A stretch of DNA of 64,000 nt from the NCBI GenBank assembly GCA_026026165.1, contig JAPEUD010000030.1, positions 1 through 64,000 of the forward strand, written 5' to 3'. This document shows, one piece after another, positions 13,283-25,900 of this stretch; the stretch's first letter is position 1; every line of letters starts with the position of its first letter. The translations under genes and the position numbers were made by a program. Under the pieces are notes generated by a model. That model had not been told where the DNA came from and did not search any database. It worked only from the letters and a program-made list of their open reading frames with translations. This stretch comes from Sarea resinae (taxonomy: Eukaryota).

Positions 13283-13531
13283 AGCGTTGTTAGGGGGCTG
13301 CATAGACTCGTGAATACCAGGCGTTTTCGAGGGGGCCCGCGATGGTTTCGAAAGGAACCCCCGTTTTTCTTTTCCCCACTTTTTCTTTCGTGTGCATTCT
13401 GTCCTTCTATCTTGTCCATTCTTAGACACTTTCTTGAAGATACTTCTCTCACTCTCTTTCTAAATTTAATAATCTTTTAATCATCTATGGCCAATGCTAT
13501 CTTTGAATCGAAGTCCCTGATATTCTTCTTG

Positions 13532-14053
13532 GTCGTCGTCGTCGTCGTCGTCGTCGTTGTTGTTGTTGTTGTTGTAGTAGTGACAGACCTGCCTGCATGT
13601 CTGCAGTACGTTTTAACCCTTTTGTGTGAGTATACCGTTCATGTCAGGCCAACAGCCTGCCTAAATAAGGGAGGGACAGCGGATAGCAAGCAAGCTCCGC
13701 TCATGGACGCCGAACCCCGCGCAACATATGATACGAATGATTTTTGATCGGAGGAAGAAGAAGAAGAAGAAGAAGAAGAAAACGAGGAGCCAACTACGAC
13801 GACGCAATAGAGCAGCGAATGGCAATGGCTATGGTCTCTGCAGGACCCTGAACCAGAACCAGAACCTGAACCTGAACCCGAACTCGGCTGAACCCGAACC
13901 CGAACCCGGAGCCATGGCCGGCCGCTGGGAGGGAGATAGATGTAAAGGGAGAGCCCGTCACCCCTCCCCATTTATTTCCTCTTTCACCTCTCCTCTCTCC
14001 CCCCCGCCCCCGGCACAACGACGGCCCCTTTTTGATTTCACTGTCTCCTTCCT

Positions 14054-14110
<57 letters not shown>
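13532..14110. repeat. Microsatellite cluster: (GTC)n(GTT)n 13532-13580, (GAA)n 13751-13780, (GAACCN)n ~13849-13910, (CT)n 14056-14110
   Basis: Read directly; lies between the convergent coiled-coil and MFS genes. Confidence 0.92.
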
Positions 14111-14114
<4 letters not shown>

Positions 14115-14357
14115 TGTAGCTTGTCCAAATTTCCTATGTCCAATTGCCCGCTATGAAAGATTCTGAGTCCTAGTCCTGCTCCTACGATTCCTGATACTGG
14201 AAACTCGGCCGTCTCCAAGTCAAGAAGACACGCCACCCAAAAGGAAACCCGCCCCAAAACCAAAACTTAAAGCACTCGAGTCTATCCCACCTCCTCCTTC
14301 ACCTACTTTGTTTTACTTGACTTTACTTTACTTTACTTAGTTAGTTAGTGACGTCCG

Positions 14358-16204
14358 TCACTTCCTGGCCAGGTTGCCATGCAGCACATGCTCGCGCATC
14401 AACAGGCTCACCACGGCGCCCAGCACGGCCAGCCCGAAGGCGGTCAGGAATACCCCCCGCAGCGCGTCCATGTAGCAGTCCAGCACGCCCTGGCGCCAGT
14501 GCGGCGGCAGCTCTTTGATGGCGTCGAGGGATTCGCGCAGGCGGCGGATCATGTCGGCGGCGTCGCGGTTGTTGCCGTCGTCGTCGTCGTGGCCAAAGCG
14601 GCGCCACAGCCGCGCGGGCAAAATGTTCTGGAACACGGCGCTGGCAACGGTGATGCCGATGGTGGAGCCCGTGCTGCGGAACGCGTACGAGGCCGACGTG
14701 ATGACGGCCTGCTGCGAGTGCGGCACCGCGGCGATGAGGGCCAGCAGCGACACGGTGAGCATGGCGCCGTAGCCCGCGCCGTTGAGGAAGAAGTAGATCA
14801 GCGGCGGCCAGGCGGGCGTGTGCGGGCCCAGCGTCGCCATCAGCGCCGTCGATGCCACGTGCACGGCCTGCGTGGCGCCGTTCAGCACGTAGTATCGCCC
14901 CGTTGCCTTCATGAGCAGCCCGGACCCGAGCGAGCCGAGCGCTGTGCCGCACGGCTGTGGGATCAGGCGTGCTCCCGACGCCGTCGTTGAGAGGGAGTGG
15001 ATGATTTGAAAGTAGAGCGGTGCGTAGAAGACGATGGCGAAGAAGGACATGGTGATGAACCAGTTGGTGAGGCAGGCTGCGGCGACGGTGCGGTCGAGGA
15101 GCAGGTGCACGGGGATGATGGGCTCGGACGCGACCCGGCTCTCGACGTAGACGAAGACGCACAGGGAGACGCCGGCGAGCGGCAGCGTGGTCAGGACTAG
15201 CGGGTGCGTCCAGGGGACCTGGTTGCCGCCCGAATTGAGGCCGAGGAGCAGCAGCACCAGGCTGACGAGCAGGGACAGGGCGCCGAGGAAGTCGACCCGG
15301 CGCAGCGGCGGCGTCGAGTGCTCCTTGACGGGGATCTTGACGGTGAAGAAGACCAGCAGGCCCGAGACCACGACCAGAGGCACCTGAATGAGGAAGACGA
15401 CGCGCCAGCCCCAGACGTCGTTGATCCAGCCGCCGAAGACGCCGCCCAGGCCGGCGCCGAGGCCGAAGCACAGGTTGCCGATCCCCTGCCACACGCCGCG
15501 CTTGCGGAGCGGCACGAGGTCTGAGCCGACGAAAGTCGAGATGGCCGTCAGACCGCCGCCTCCCATGCCCGCCACCACGCGGCCGAGGATCATAACCCAC
15601 TCCTTTGTGGCAAGGCCGCAGATGAGGTTGCCGGCGGCGAAGAAGACGTTGGAGAAGAGCAGGCCGGTGCGGCGGCCGAAGATATCGGTGAGCCGGCCCG
15701 AGAGTGGCTGCAGCGCCGCATTGGCGATGAAGTAGGCCGACGCGAGCCACGAGAGGAGGGAGAGGCTGTCGAACGAGTTGGAGATGGCGGCCGTCAGGGT
15801 CGCGATGATTGTTGCGTCTGTGAGAAAGAAACAGGCGTTAGCTAGCTCGTTGCGATTGGATATCATCACCAATGTATATTACCTAGTGCTGCCAGGAAGA
15901 CGCCGACCCAGGTGCTGCTCATGATCAGGGCAAGCTTTCTCGTACTCAGTTCGTCTGCTTCTGGCACCGCGTTGTCATCGTCGTCGTCGTTGCCGTCGTC
16001 GGCTTCATCCTCGTAGGCTTCATCAGTCTGTCCTACCTGGCCCCCGGCTTCTTCGTCCGGGATAGGCTCGACTGGGCGAATGGTGCCATTGTCCGAGGAT
16101 TTGTTCCTGCTGGCAGCAAGCAGCGGGCTGCGTTCGTCGGACGGCTGTTCCTCGCCGCCGGACGAGCGAACCGGATCGCGCTGATCAGGGCCGTCGACAC
16201 TCAT
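14358..16204 (-). CDS. MFS transporter, 14-TM DHA2 / Vba-like (vacuolar basic amino acid or drug:H+ antiporter)
   Basis: Acidic N-terminus with dileucine-like ERSPLL, VFLAALD/ATII across one intron (~15819-15881), motif A GRLTDIFGRR, GRVVAGMGGGG, VDFLGA, EPIIP. Confidence 0.92.
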
Positions 16205-16754
16205 GGCTGCATCGACGATCGATGCAAACACCAGAGCATGCAGAGATATGGCAGTGTTTCGGTATATTCCAAGAGATCAATTCAAAAATGGAGGGCCATG
16301 ATAATGGATCATGATGGGGCACGATGGTGGTGGTGCGGGGCGTCGATGCGCATACATAGTAGATAAACAGCCCGAGGGCCCTGCAGTGTTACTCAGCGAC
16401 AAGACGAATACTTGCGGAGATAAAGACGCATCACCGTCATCACCGTCATCACCGTCGCATCGCTAGCGACCGACTGCAAAGGCCGCCCGATTTGTTTACC
16501 CGACACGACTCCGTGCCCCCCATGAGCTTCTTCCTATATCGTGGTGGACGCTATCTAGCTTACAACACTCGTCCAACACCCAAATGGTCATGCCGGGGGC
16601 AAGCACCCGGTGAGTACAGTCGCCAGGTTGTCGCATATTTCTCAGCAATAGCACATATGATACGGGAGACGCATGAGAAGTCATTGGCTCAGATATAGAT
16701 TCAATAGGTAGGCAGGTGGGCAGTGATACGAGTACGACAACACGCATTCGAAAA

Positions 16755-18117
16755 TCATGCTCGCCCCGGCCCTGGCTCTCGTGTATCCCTCAGTAGCACC
16801 CCCTCATCATCGTCCTCGAGCTCGTCCAGTGCGAACGCTCCGGCGCTCTCGATCCTTTCCTCTTCATCCTTGAGCTTGGAGAACCCAGCAGCAGAAGCAG
16901 CCTCGGCCCGGCTCGGAAAAGGGGTGTCGCAATGCAGCGACGCCACGTGCGGGTAGTAACGCCGATAGCAGAACCAGCTGATCAGAAGCCCCAGCAATGA
17001 CCCCGTCGTCACGTCGTAGACATCATGCCGGTAGTCCTCGCAGCGGGAGATGGCGATGAGTGCGGCTCCTAATAGGGGCGCCAGAGCAACGAGGACTCGG
17101 GCGAGATCGGTGCGGGGACGGAAGACTTGCAGCTGACCGGCCAAGAACCTGTGTAGATGGTCAGCTACTGTGCTGCCGTTGAGGGGGTAGAGGACGACAT
17201 ACATGGCAAGATAGCCCAGCCCACTGAAGGCGAAACTGCTGTGCCCGCTTGGAAAGCTTCTCCAGCCGTCATGTAGAAGATGGTGATTCGTCTCAGTACA
17301 GACTTCAAATGTGACCAGAGTGTGTTCTGGCGTGCCTTTCATCTGGGATTCTTAGCAGCCGGTACTGAGCTCTGTAGAATAGGGGGCGCTTACTGGCTTA
17401 CAGCGGGCAATCAAGTCAGGCCTCGGCCGACCGACGGAGTTTTTGATGACCTAGGTATCAATTAGCCAATTTCTGTCATTGACACCATGGAAGAGGACTT
17501 ACGTCGGTGATGAAGGACGTCAGGATGACACTTGCATATGACGTGTTATTACATTCTCCTTTTCTTCCAATTGGTGTAAATTATTTACCTGATGGCGAAC
17601 CCCAGAATCGTAACGTGTATCTTATGGACGCCTGGACGGGTGACGGCAGCCCAGACAATGAGGACGGCCAAGGGGACCCCGAGAGAATATAGCATCAGCC
17701 AGTCTAGCGACGAATCAACAGGCCGACCCTCAGGAACAACGTCAGGTGGAGAAACCTACTGGTGCTGACGCGCTCGACGTCGGCGTGTGGGAATTGGATC
17801 ATGATGTTATCGAGCGAGAACATGCGATGGAATGGCTCCATGAGAAATTCGATCTGACCGTCGAGCGTCTCAGTAATGCAGATTTGGCAGTTCGACCACG
17901 GTTGGGGATCTCACCGTAAGATACGCCGTGAGAAGAAGGGCCAGACCGAGATACTCGGCCGCGTATGACTTCTAGTGTTTGCCATCAGCCTCTTGTTGTG
18001 CGCGTCGAAGGGGGTGCGACGGACCTGCCAGAATCTGGCCAGAGCAGCCAGAACTCCATGCTGCGACTGGAGCCGCGGAGGTCCTTGGCCAGCGGCGTGG
18101 GAGCCAGAGCGCGGCAT
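16755..18117 (-). CDS. DPP1: PAP2-family diacylglycerol pyrophosphate / lipid phosphate phosphatase (Dpp1-like), multi-exon
   Basis: All three PAP2 motifs present: K..VGRPRPD, SFPSGHSS, SRCEDYRHDVYDV. Confidence 0.88.
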
Positions 18118-18499
18118 CCTTTCGGAGGACTCCTGGAGTGCTCGACCTACGAGTCACATTGGACCATGATCTCTGGTAATTCGAGCGACGGAAAACGAGT
18201 GCAGGCGTGCTCGCGCGTAGTGAGTGCTGAACCCGCAGACTCGTAGCCGTGAGAGGTATGGGAGTTGATCGGGGAGGTTGCTCTCTGCTCCCTTGGTGAT
18301 GGTCGGCTACCAGAGAACAGAGAACCTAGGTTGCTTTGGAATCAACACCTCGTACTCCGTAGTAAGCTCCCATCACCGCGCAACGCATTCCTCCACGAAA
18401 ACGACAAGAAGGACCTCAGGTGCCTCGCCTTCTCATTCAATCGCCATGAAGACAAGGTGAGAGGAGGCACGCAGACAGACAGACCGACGAAGTCGCATC

Positions 18500-19348
18500 A
18501 TGGCCGAAGACCAAGCTGCCGGCAATACCCTCTCCGCCGCATTCCCCACCCCTCCACCCTTCTTCAAGCACTTCACCGAAGCAAATCTGCGCCGTCTAGA
18601 AGACCTACGAAAACCGAAAGAGAGCCAAGGCGGGTCCCCAGAGGATCGCGATGCCAATGCGACCACGGAGCACGACCCTCTGCGCTTGGCCGTTCTGCCG
18701 TCAGAGTTGCGATACCTGATCCCGCCGGAGCCTCCCACTGCAGGAACCTACCGCAGTTTTGGCGACACCTACAATGTTCGAATAATCTTCTCCTACCCTC
18801 TTGTTGACTTTTGACCTCTTTTGCTTACTCCCCACCAGATTGACGAGGTGCTCCCCTCCCTCGCAGACCAGGGCATCGAGCAGCTCTATCCCGCGCACTC
18901 CTCGGGCGGCGAATCCGGCTGGACATTCGACCACACCTTCTACCTGCGCAAGATCGCCAAGTCACTGCTCCTCAACTTCCTCGAACTGGTTGGCGTTCTC
19001 TCCGTCGCGCCCGAGCAATACGGGCGCAAGATCGAGGATCTCCGCACCCTGTTCGTCAACGCCCATCATCTGATCAACGAGTACCGGCCCCATCAAGCTC
19101 GCGAGAGCCTCATCATGATGATGGAGGAGCAGTTGGAGAGGAGTCGGAGGGAGACCGAGGGCGTGAGGCAGATCAAGGAGAAGGTGGAGCGCATACTGGA
19201 GGAGCTGGGCAAAGGGGCGGACGTGTCCGACGAAGGAATGATATCGGGCCGATCCGAACGCACCCAGGCCGAGAGGCGAGTGGATGAGCAGAGGCGGATC
19301 TGGGAGGCTCTGGAGAAGGAGTTTGATGAGCTGGAAAGACATGATTAG
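18500..19348 (+). CDS. MED7: Mediator of RNA polymerase II transcription subunit 7
   Basis: AFPTPPPFFKHFT, YRSFG, SLLLNFLELV, NAHHLINEYRPHQARESLIMMMEEQ. One intron, ~18776-18838. Confidence 0.95.
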
Positions 19349-19966
19349 ATCAAGGAGTGTTTTATTGGTTTTCAATTCTTTCACGGCCACTCAGTGCAGA
19401 TGGAGCTGGTACATCGGCGTAGGCAACACACTCCTACTCTCATCGACAGACAGTCCTCAGTCTCAAGCATGGAGCACAGGACGAAGCTTGAATGCAGCCG
19501 AACCTGGGTGATTTGTTTTGTGGGATTATTCTGACCTTTTGGCGGGTTCGGGGGTCTGATCTTCTGGTATGCACGCTATGACGGTAGGACTTCTGTTGGC
19601 ATAGATTCATGATGAACACGAAGAACGCGTTCACAAGCTTCTGGCGCTGCCGGCTCTCATTCTACCTCTTGCACACTCCAGCCCTGTTTTGGAGCAGCTC
19701 CGAGTGTTTCTGTGCGTACTATTGTGTCTCGTGTCCATCTTGTTTATTGGTACAAGTAAAGCTATACAGGTCTAATACGGTTGATTGGGGTAGATATACA
19801 GCCACCGTTCTCGCCATATCGTAGACGGAGACGATAGACGCGGATGATGAAAGAACATCAATGAAAAGGAAAAGAAAAGAAATTAAGAGATTCTCCAATA
19901 TGCTGATACAAGCCGTCTGCTCTACCCAATGCTATTCGATTTCTGTCAATGGTGATACAGACCAAA

Positions 19967-21886
19967 CTAAACGAGCGCCTGCCCCTTGAACATGCCCTCC
20001 TTGACCTCCCTGACGACATCCTTCCGATCCATCTTCCCCACGAGCACGATACCGCGCCCTCTGCGACCCATGCGGCCCGTTCGGCCCAGCCGGTGGATGA
20101 AATCAATCGTGGTGTGTGGGACGTCGTACAGGATGACGTGGCGCACGGCGACGGTGTCGATGCCGCGGGAACCCAGATCGGTGGTAACAAGGACCTTGGT
20201 GTTGGGCAGGGAGCGTTTGGATGGCGTAGGCGCCGCATCAGCAGCGCGGTGCGTAGCGGGGCGGAAGTTCGGTTCGTTGGGCGACGATGGCGTCGACGAC
20301 GCTGAGCCCGGCGTGATTATAGAGGCGCGCTCCGAGGCAGTGGAGGTGAACGAGGCCAGGATCTCGGATTGCCGGTGCTCGGGCGTGTCACGGCTCAGGG
20401 CGACGGCATCGATGCCCTTGGACACGAGGTACTCGGCTACCTCGTGGGCTTTCTCGCGCTCGTTGACGAAGACGATGAGACGTTTGACTTCGGCTCGGCC
20501 ATCTTTGGCTTCGCCGTGCGAGACGTCGTGTTCGGCGGCGGCTTTGCCGATCGACCAGATGGTGTCGGCGCATGCCAGGTTCTTGCTGCCGTGGTAGGGC
20601 TCTTTCTCGACATCGACGACACCAAGCTGTACGCGACGAGGGATGGCGTGCAGATTGGGCGTAACGAGACGTTTGATGTCGGGGAAGCGTTGACGGAGGT
20701 ACCCGTCTAGGCTTCTGGGGATGGTGGCGGAGCAGAGGACGAGTTGTTGGAGAGAGGGGTTTGCGCGGTCGATGATGGCGCTTGTGAGGGGAGAGAAGGA
20801 GCGGTCGAGAAGAGAGTCGGCTTCGTCGATCACGAGGTGAGTGACGCGGCTGAGGACATAGGGGTCGCTCTCTGCGATATTGGCAAGGAGGTGGGGGGTG
20901 GAGATGATGATGTCAACGCCGTTAGGAGAGAAAAGCCGATTCCGTATGACTTTGCCGCTGTAGGCCGAGGATATGAGAGCGGAGCGGAATTTGATAGTAT
21001 GCGAAAGAGCTTTTGCGACAGAGCCCACTTGAGAGACGAGTTCGGATGTGGGGAGGAGGATGATGGCGCGCGGCCGACCGGTGGTTGGATGCGGTTGATT
21101 GGAGAGGGGTGGGGAGTCGAGCTCAAACATATTCTTCTTCCTCTTCTCTTCCTTCAACGCTTGCTCGCGTGCTTCAATCTCGGCATCTACTGCTTCGGCG
21201 CGCTTGATGGCATCGATGGTGGGGAGAAGGTATGCGAGTGTCTTGCCGGACCCAGTTTCCGCCGCCAGGAGGAATTGCTCCATCTCGGCTCGCTCTGCTG
21301 TCGTATCCTTCTTTTTCCGTCGCTTCCCATCTTCACCGAGCAGAGCAGGTATAGCCAGACGCTGAACCGGGGTTGGCGTGATACTCGTCAGGCCTGGCAG
21401 AGCCTGCGTGGAGATGGCATCGCGAACCACAGGCAAGAGAGGAAATTGGTCGAAACTGTCAATCTCACTGATCCTGTTCTTGATCGAGGTCCGTTGCCCG
21501 TAGGAGACATTGCTAAGCGCTCTCTGCATCTTCAAAGCCTTGAAAGATTCCGAGCTTCTTCGTGGCTCTTTCTCGTCTTTTCGCCCCCGAGTAGATGAAC
21601 GCTTCTCTTCAGCATCGGATCTCCGCTCAGGCACGCCACGAATCCGCGCTTCTCGAACATTCATGCCACCAAAAGGCCCGTTATGCTTCCTATGGACAGG
21701 CTTTCCACTTGGTGCCCCGGGAGCTGCTCCTTGAGATACCTTGGGTGAGAGCATCATGCGCGAAGGGGCGCGTTTCCGAACCTGCGCCATGGATCTCGTA
21801 TATTGCCATGCTGGCGTCCATCGGGCCAAGGGCCGAGGTGCTCGCAAGCGGCATAATAAGCAGACGGAGCTGCCGGGTTGAAGCAT
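19967..21886 (-). CDS. MRH4: Mitochondrial DEAD-box RNA helicase
   Basis: Presequence-like N-terminus, Q motif PTPVQ, AETGSGKT, PTSEL, DEAD, SAT, SRGID, HRLGRTGRMG. Intronless. Confidence 0.93.
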   Translation of the reverse strand: MLQPGSSVCLLCRLRAPRPLARWTPAWQYTRSMAQVRKRAPSRMMLSPKVSQGAAPGAPSGKPVHRKHNGPFGGMNVREARIRGVPERRSDAEEKRSSTRGRKDEKEPRRSSESFKALKMQRALSNVSYGQRTSIKNRISEIDSFDQFPLLPVVRDAISTQALPGLTSITPTPVQRLAIPALLGEDGKRRKKKDTTAERAEMEQFLLAAETGSGKTLAYLLPTIDAIKRAEAVDAEIEAREQALKEEKRKKNMFELDSPPLSNQPHPTTGRPRAIILLPTSELVSQVGSVAKALSHTIKFRSALISSAYSGKVIRNRLFSPNGVDIIISTPHLLANIAESDPYVLSRVTHLVIDEADSLLDRSFSPLTSAIIDRANPSLQQLVLCSATIPRSLDGYLRQRFPDIKRLVTPNLHAIPRRVQLGVVDVEKEPYHGSKNLACADTIWSIGKAAAEHDVSHGEAKDGRAEVKRLIVFVNEREKAHEVAEYLVSKGIDAVALSRDTPEHRQSEILASFTSTASERASIITPGSASSTPSSPNEPNFRPATHRAADAAPTPSKRSLPNTKVLVTTDLGSRGIDTVAVRHVILYDVPHTTIDFIHRLGRTGRMGRRGRGIVLVGKMDRKDVVREVKEGMFKGQALV

Positions 21887-22919
21887 GGCCAAACTGGTCT
21901 GAAAGGATCAGGGCCTTGAGTTAGCTAATGAATGAAAAAGATGGATGGCGAAGCATGAAGATAATTTATTGAAATTGAGCGCTGGAGGTCAGCGCCAAAC
22001 GGGAAAGGCGCTACTGGGCGGAAATGGCTGCCGTAGAAGTACTGATTTGCGGCGAGCAAGCGCTGCAGTGACTTTGGAGACGAGTATTTGCTATAGTAGT
22101 CCTCGACGACAGTCGTAGGCAGCTTCATCGACCAGCTGGAGCCCGAGGGCAGTGCGACAAATCGACTACGCATTCAAATGGGAGTCTAGACAATTGATCT
22201 GGCTGGAATGAAGATATTGGGGTCCACGTCCCGATGAACTGTTACCGCGTGTATCCTGAAAGCCACAGCATCTGTGTGGGAAGGCGGCGGCTCCTGTATC
22301 TCTCTGTATGTGGCAGCCTTGCCCTCGAGCCTTCACCGCGCATGCATTTCGCGATATCATGACCTGGGCGTCGTGATGGCTCGAATGACAGATAAGAGTT
22401 TTCTCGTGTGGTCTTCATCTCATCTCGAGAACGGCTGTGAATAGAGTGGAGCAGAAATCTTACTGCAACGGGAGAGGAACCGATATCGACAATGTCCAGA
22501 TCACCACCTCTTCGATGTAAGGTCTTCAAGGTCGTCTCTACAATGACGCCCTCAACAAGTCAGTGCCAAGGCGTGCAGTTGCTATCGCTGTAAGCATCGC
22601 ATAGCATAGGGGTAAGACTGAGTGTCTAAGGCTTCAGCCCCAGTTCCATTGAGGTCCGCCAGCTGTGATCTCGTGATGAGGCTGTGCGGCTGCCGTTGCG
22701 CGAATCAACGCTGCCACCCGTCTTCTTCGACCCCTCCATCTCAGTCCGATGGAACTTTTGCTCTCGATATGCGATGTCCGACCTGGACGTGCCATGGCTA
22801 GCCAGCGACACTTATCACTATCACATCAACCTGACTGAGGTGCTTGAGGTGACCAAGTCCGGCATATCTGCCGCTCCGCTGCTCTTTTCGTTCCCGCTGC
22901 ACAGTCGCCTCTTTCCGCG

Positions 22920-25900
22920 ATGGAAGGCCTAGGGGTGGCCGCAAACGTCATCGCAGTTGTCGAGCTGTCCGCGAAGATAGCCTCACTCTGCATCCAGTAC
23001 TCCCGCGCAGTCAAGCATGCCAAACTCGACATCGAACGCCTGCGAGAAGAAGTGATCAGCTTTGCCGAATTGCTTCGAGCAGTAGAGAGGCTGCTCCAGG
23101 GGCCAGACAACAAACGGCTCTCGACCTCCCAAAAGCTACGCGATGCGCTTGGAGATTGCTTCTTACAGCTGACACAACTAAACAAGACACTGGATTCTGG
23201 CAAAAAAAAGAAGATTATGAGCCGTTTTGGAGTCCGAGCTTTCAAATGGCCATTCGAGAGAAAGGAAGTCGATAATGTTATCAAAAATCTCGAAAGATGC
23301 AAGCAGACAGTCTCTCTAGCCCTACAAGTCGATCAAACGTGGGATACTGATCCATCTTTCGTATCTTTCAAGCTCTGATTAATAATTTCTTCCATATAGC
23401 ACGCTTATTCTTGATATACACCAGAAGATCGACTTATCTAAGCTAGAAACTGCTCGAGGCGCATCTTTTGACTCACACGTCGATGAAACCGACGCAAGAT
23501 GCCTTCCAAATACTAGAGTTGGCCTGCGGCAGGAGATCGCGGGGTGGGCAGAAGACCCGCATGGCAGGTGCATATTCTGGCTAAACGGTATGGCTGGTAC
23601 CGGAAAGTCGACCATCTCCCGCACGATTGCTCAGCATTTTGCCGATAAAGGCCAATTGGCAGGGAGTTTCTTCTTCAAGAGAGGTGAAGGCGATCGTGGC
23701 AACGCGGCTAGGTTCTTCACCACCATTGCGACTCAATTAACAATTCAAGTGCCTAGTCTCAGCCCATTCATCGGGAACGCAATCGATGCCGACCCTACCA
23801 TTTCTGAAAAATCTCTGAAGGAGCAGTTCCAGAAGCTGATCCTCCGACCTCTATCTAAGATGCAGAACGTTGCTTCGCAGGCCTCCAGATTAGTCATCGT
23901 GGTTGATGCGTTGGATGAATGTGATCGAGAAGAAGACGTAAGAACTATTCTTCTTCTTCTATCGCAATTAAGAGATGTGACATCGGTGTGTCTACGGGTT
24001 TTCATGACTAGCAGGCCAGAGCTGCCAATTCGACTCGGCTTCAAGAACATCAAGGGTGACACATTCCAAGACCTGGTTCTTCATGAAATATCGCAAGTCA
24101 TGATTAAGCACGATATCTCGGCATTCTTACAGTATGAGCTTTCGAAAGTGCGAGTCGACCGCTCACTCAATATGGATTGGCCCGGACAAGAGAACATCCA
24201 AGCCCTAGTTGAGATGGCGGTTCCACTTTTCATCTTCGCCGCGACGGTGTGCCGTTTCGTCAGCGACCCAAGATGGGATCCCAAAAAACGCTTGGCTACT
24301 ATTCTCGAGTATGAGATGGCAGATCAGGCCTCGAAATTCGATAGGACATACCTTCCAATTCTGAACCAGCTGCTTGCTGGACAAGATGAAGTAGAGCAAG
24401 AGAAGCTAGCTAGGGAGTTTCGAGAGGTAGTAGGGGCAATCATCGTCCTTGCCAATCCGCTCTCTTCTGTTTCACTTGCAACCCTCCTTGGTATTCAACA
24501 AGATGATGTTGCCTGCAGACTAGAACTACTTCACTCTGTTCTCAGCATTCCGACCAACAAAGCTCATCCAGTGAGATTGCTACACCTTAGTTTTCGGGAC
24601 TTCCTTCTCGATCCGCGAAAGCGTGGAAGGAGCCCATTTTGGGTAGAGGAGACTAAGACGCACGAGAGGATAGCCTGCAAGTGTCTTCAACTGATGTCGA
24701 AGTGTCTCAAGAAAGATATCTGCAACCTACATGGGCCTGGAACGCTTCGAAGTGAGATTGATAGTCAATCTGTGGATATCAACTTGCCAGCACCAGTCAA
24801 ATATGCTTGTCGTTATTGGGTCTACCACTTGGAAAAAAGCAAATGCTGTATCCACGATAGCGATCAGGTCCACGTCTTCCTTTACGAGCATTTGCTTCAT
24901 TGGCTTGAAGCTCTGAGTCTATTGGGAGATGTGTCCCAGAGCATTAGAATGATTACAGCATTACTATCTATCTTAAACGTAAGCTTTCTTTGCAGTGTAC
25001 CTCAGAATCACGACTAATCTATGCTCAGGCAGAAAAAAGCCCCAACCTATATGCATTTGTCCATGATGCGAAGCGATTCGCCCTTTATAATCGATCTGTG
25101 ATTGAGTTCGCACCACTCCAGCTATATAGTTCGTCCCTGGTCTTTGCCCCAGACAAGAGCCTTGTTCGAAGACAGTTTGAGAAGTGTATTCCACCTTGGA
25201 TCCAAAGGAGACCAGACGTGCAAGCCAACTGGGGAGCAACACTCCAGACGCTCGAGGGCCATGATGGCGCGGTCATATCAGTGTCCTTCTCGCACGACTC
25301 GAGGCTGCTGGCGTCAGCTTCAGGAGATAAGACGATCCGGGTCTGGGAGGCAGCCACCGGCTCTTTGCAGCAGACGCTCAAGGGCCATACTAACAGGGTC
25401 ACTTCAGTAGCCTTCTCACATGAGTCGAGGCTGCTGGCGTCGGCTTCATGGGATAAGACGGTCCGGGTCTGGGAGGCGGCCACCGGCTCCCTACAGCAGA
25501 CGCTCGAGGGCCATACTGATAAGGTTAGCTCGGTGGCCTTCTCGCACGATTCGAGGCTATTAGCGTCGGCTTCCTGGGACAAGACGGTCCATGTCTGGGA
25601 CGTCATCACTGGCTCCCTGCAACAGACGCTCAAGGGTCATGCTCGTAAGGTCGCCTCAGTGGCCTTCTCGCACGACTCGAGGCTGCTAGCGTCGGCTTCA
25701 TGGGATAAGACGGTCCGGGTCTGGGAGGCAGCCACCGGCTCTTTGCAGCAGACGCTCAAGGGCCATACTAACAGGGTCACTTCAGTAGCCTTCTCACATG
25801 AGTCGAGGCTGCTGGCGTCGGCTTCATGGGATAAGACGGTCCGGATCTGGGACGTCGGCACCGGCACCCTGCAGCAGGAACATTCCTACAAGGTTAGATT

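Noticed and set aside
14341..15750. 469-aa Arg/Pro-rich ORF overlapping the MFS gene in a shifted frame, plus several antisense ORFs
   Set aside because: Explained by the extreme GC3 of the MFS exon; no domain-like features.
287..16204. Secondary-metabolite gene cluster (esterase, MFS, receptor)
   Set aside because: No PKS, NRPS, terpene synthase or cluster transcription factor in the window.
21925..22900. Possible small partner gene (amyloid-motif effector or het-c-like) next to the NLR
   Set aside because: Short ORFs here show no HET-s, PP or sigma-like motif or coherent exon chain, and the NLR already carries its own effector domain.
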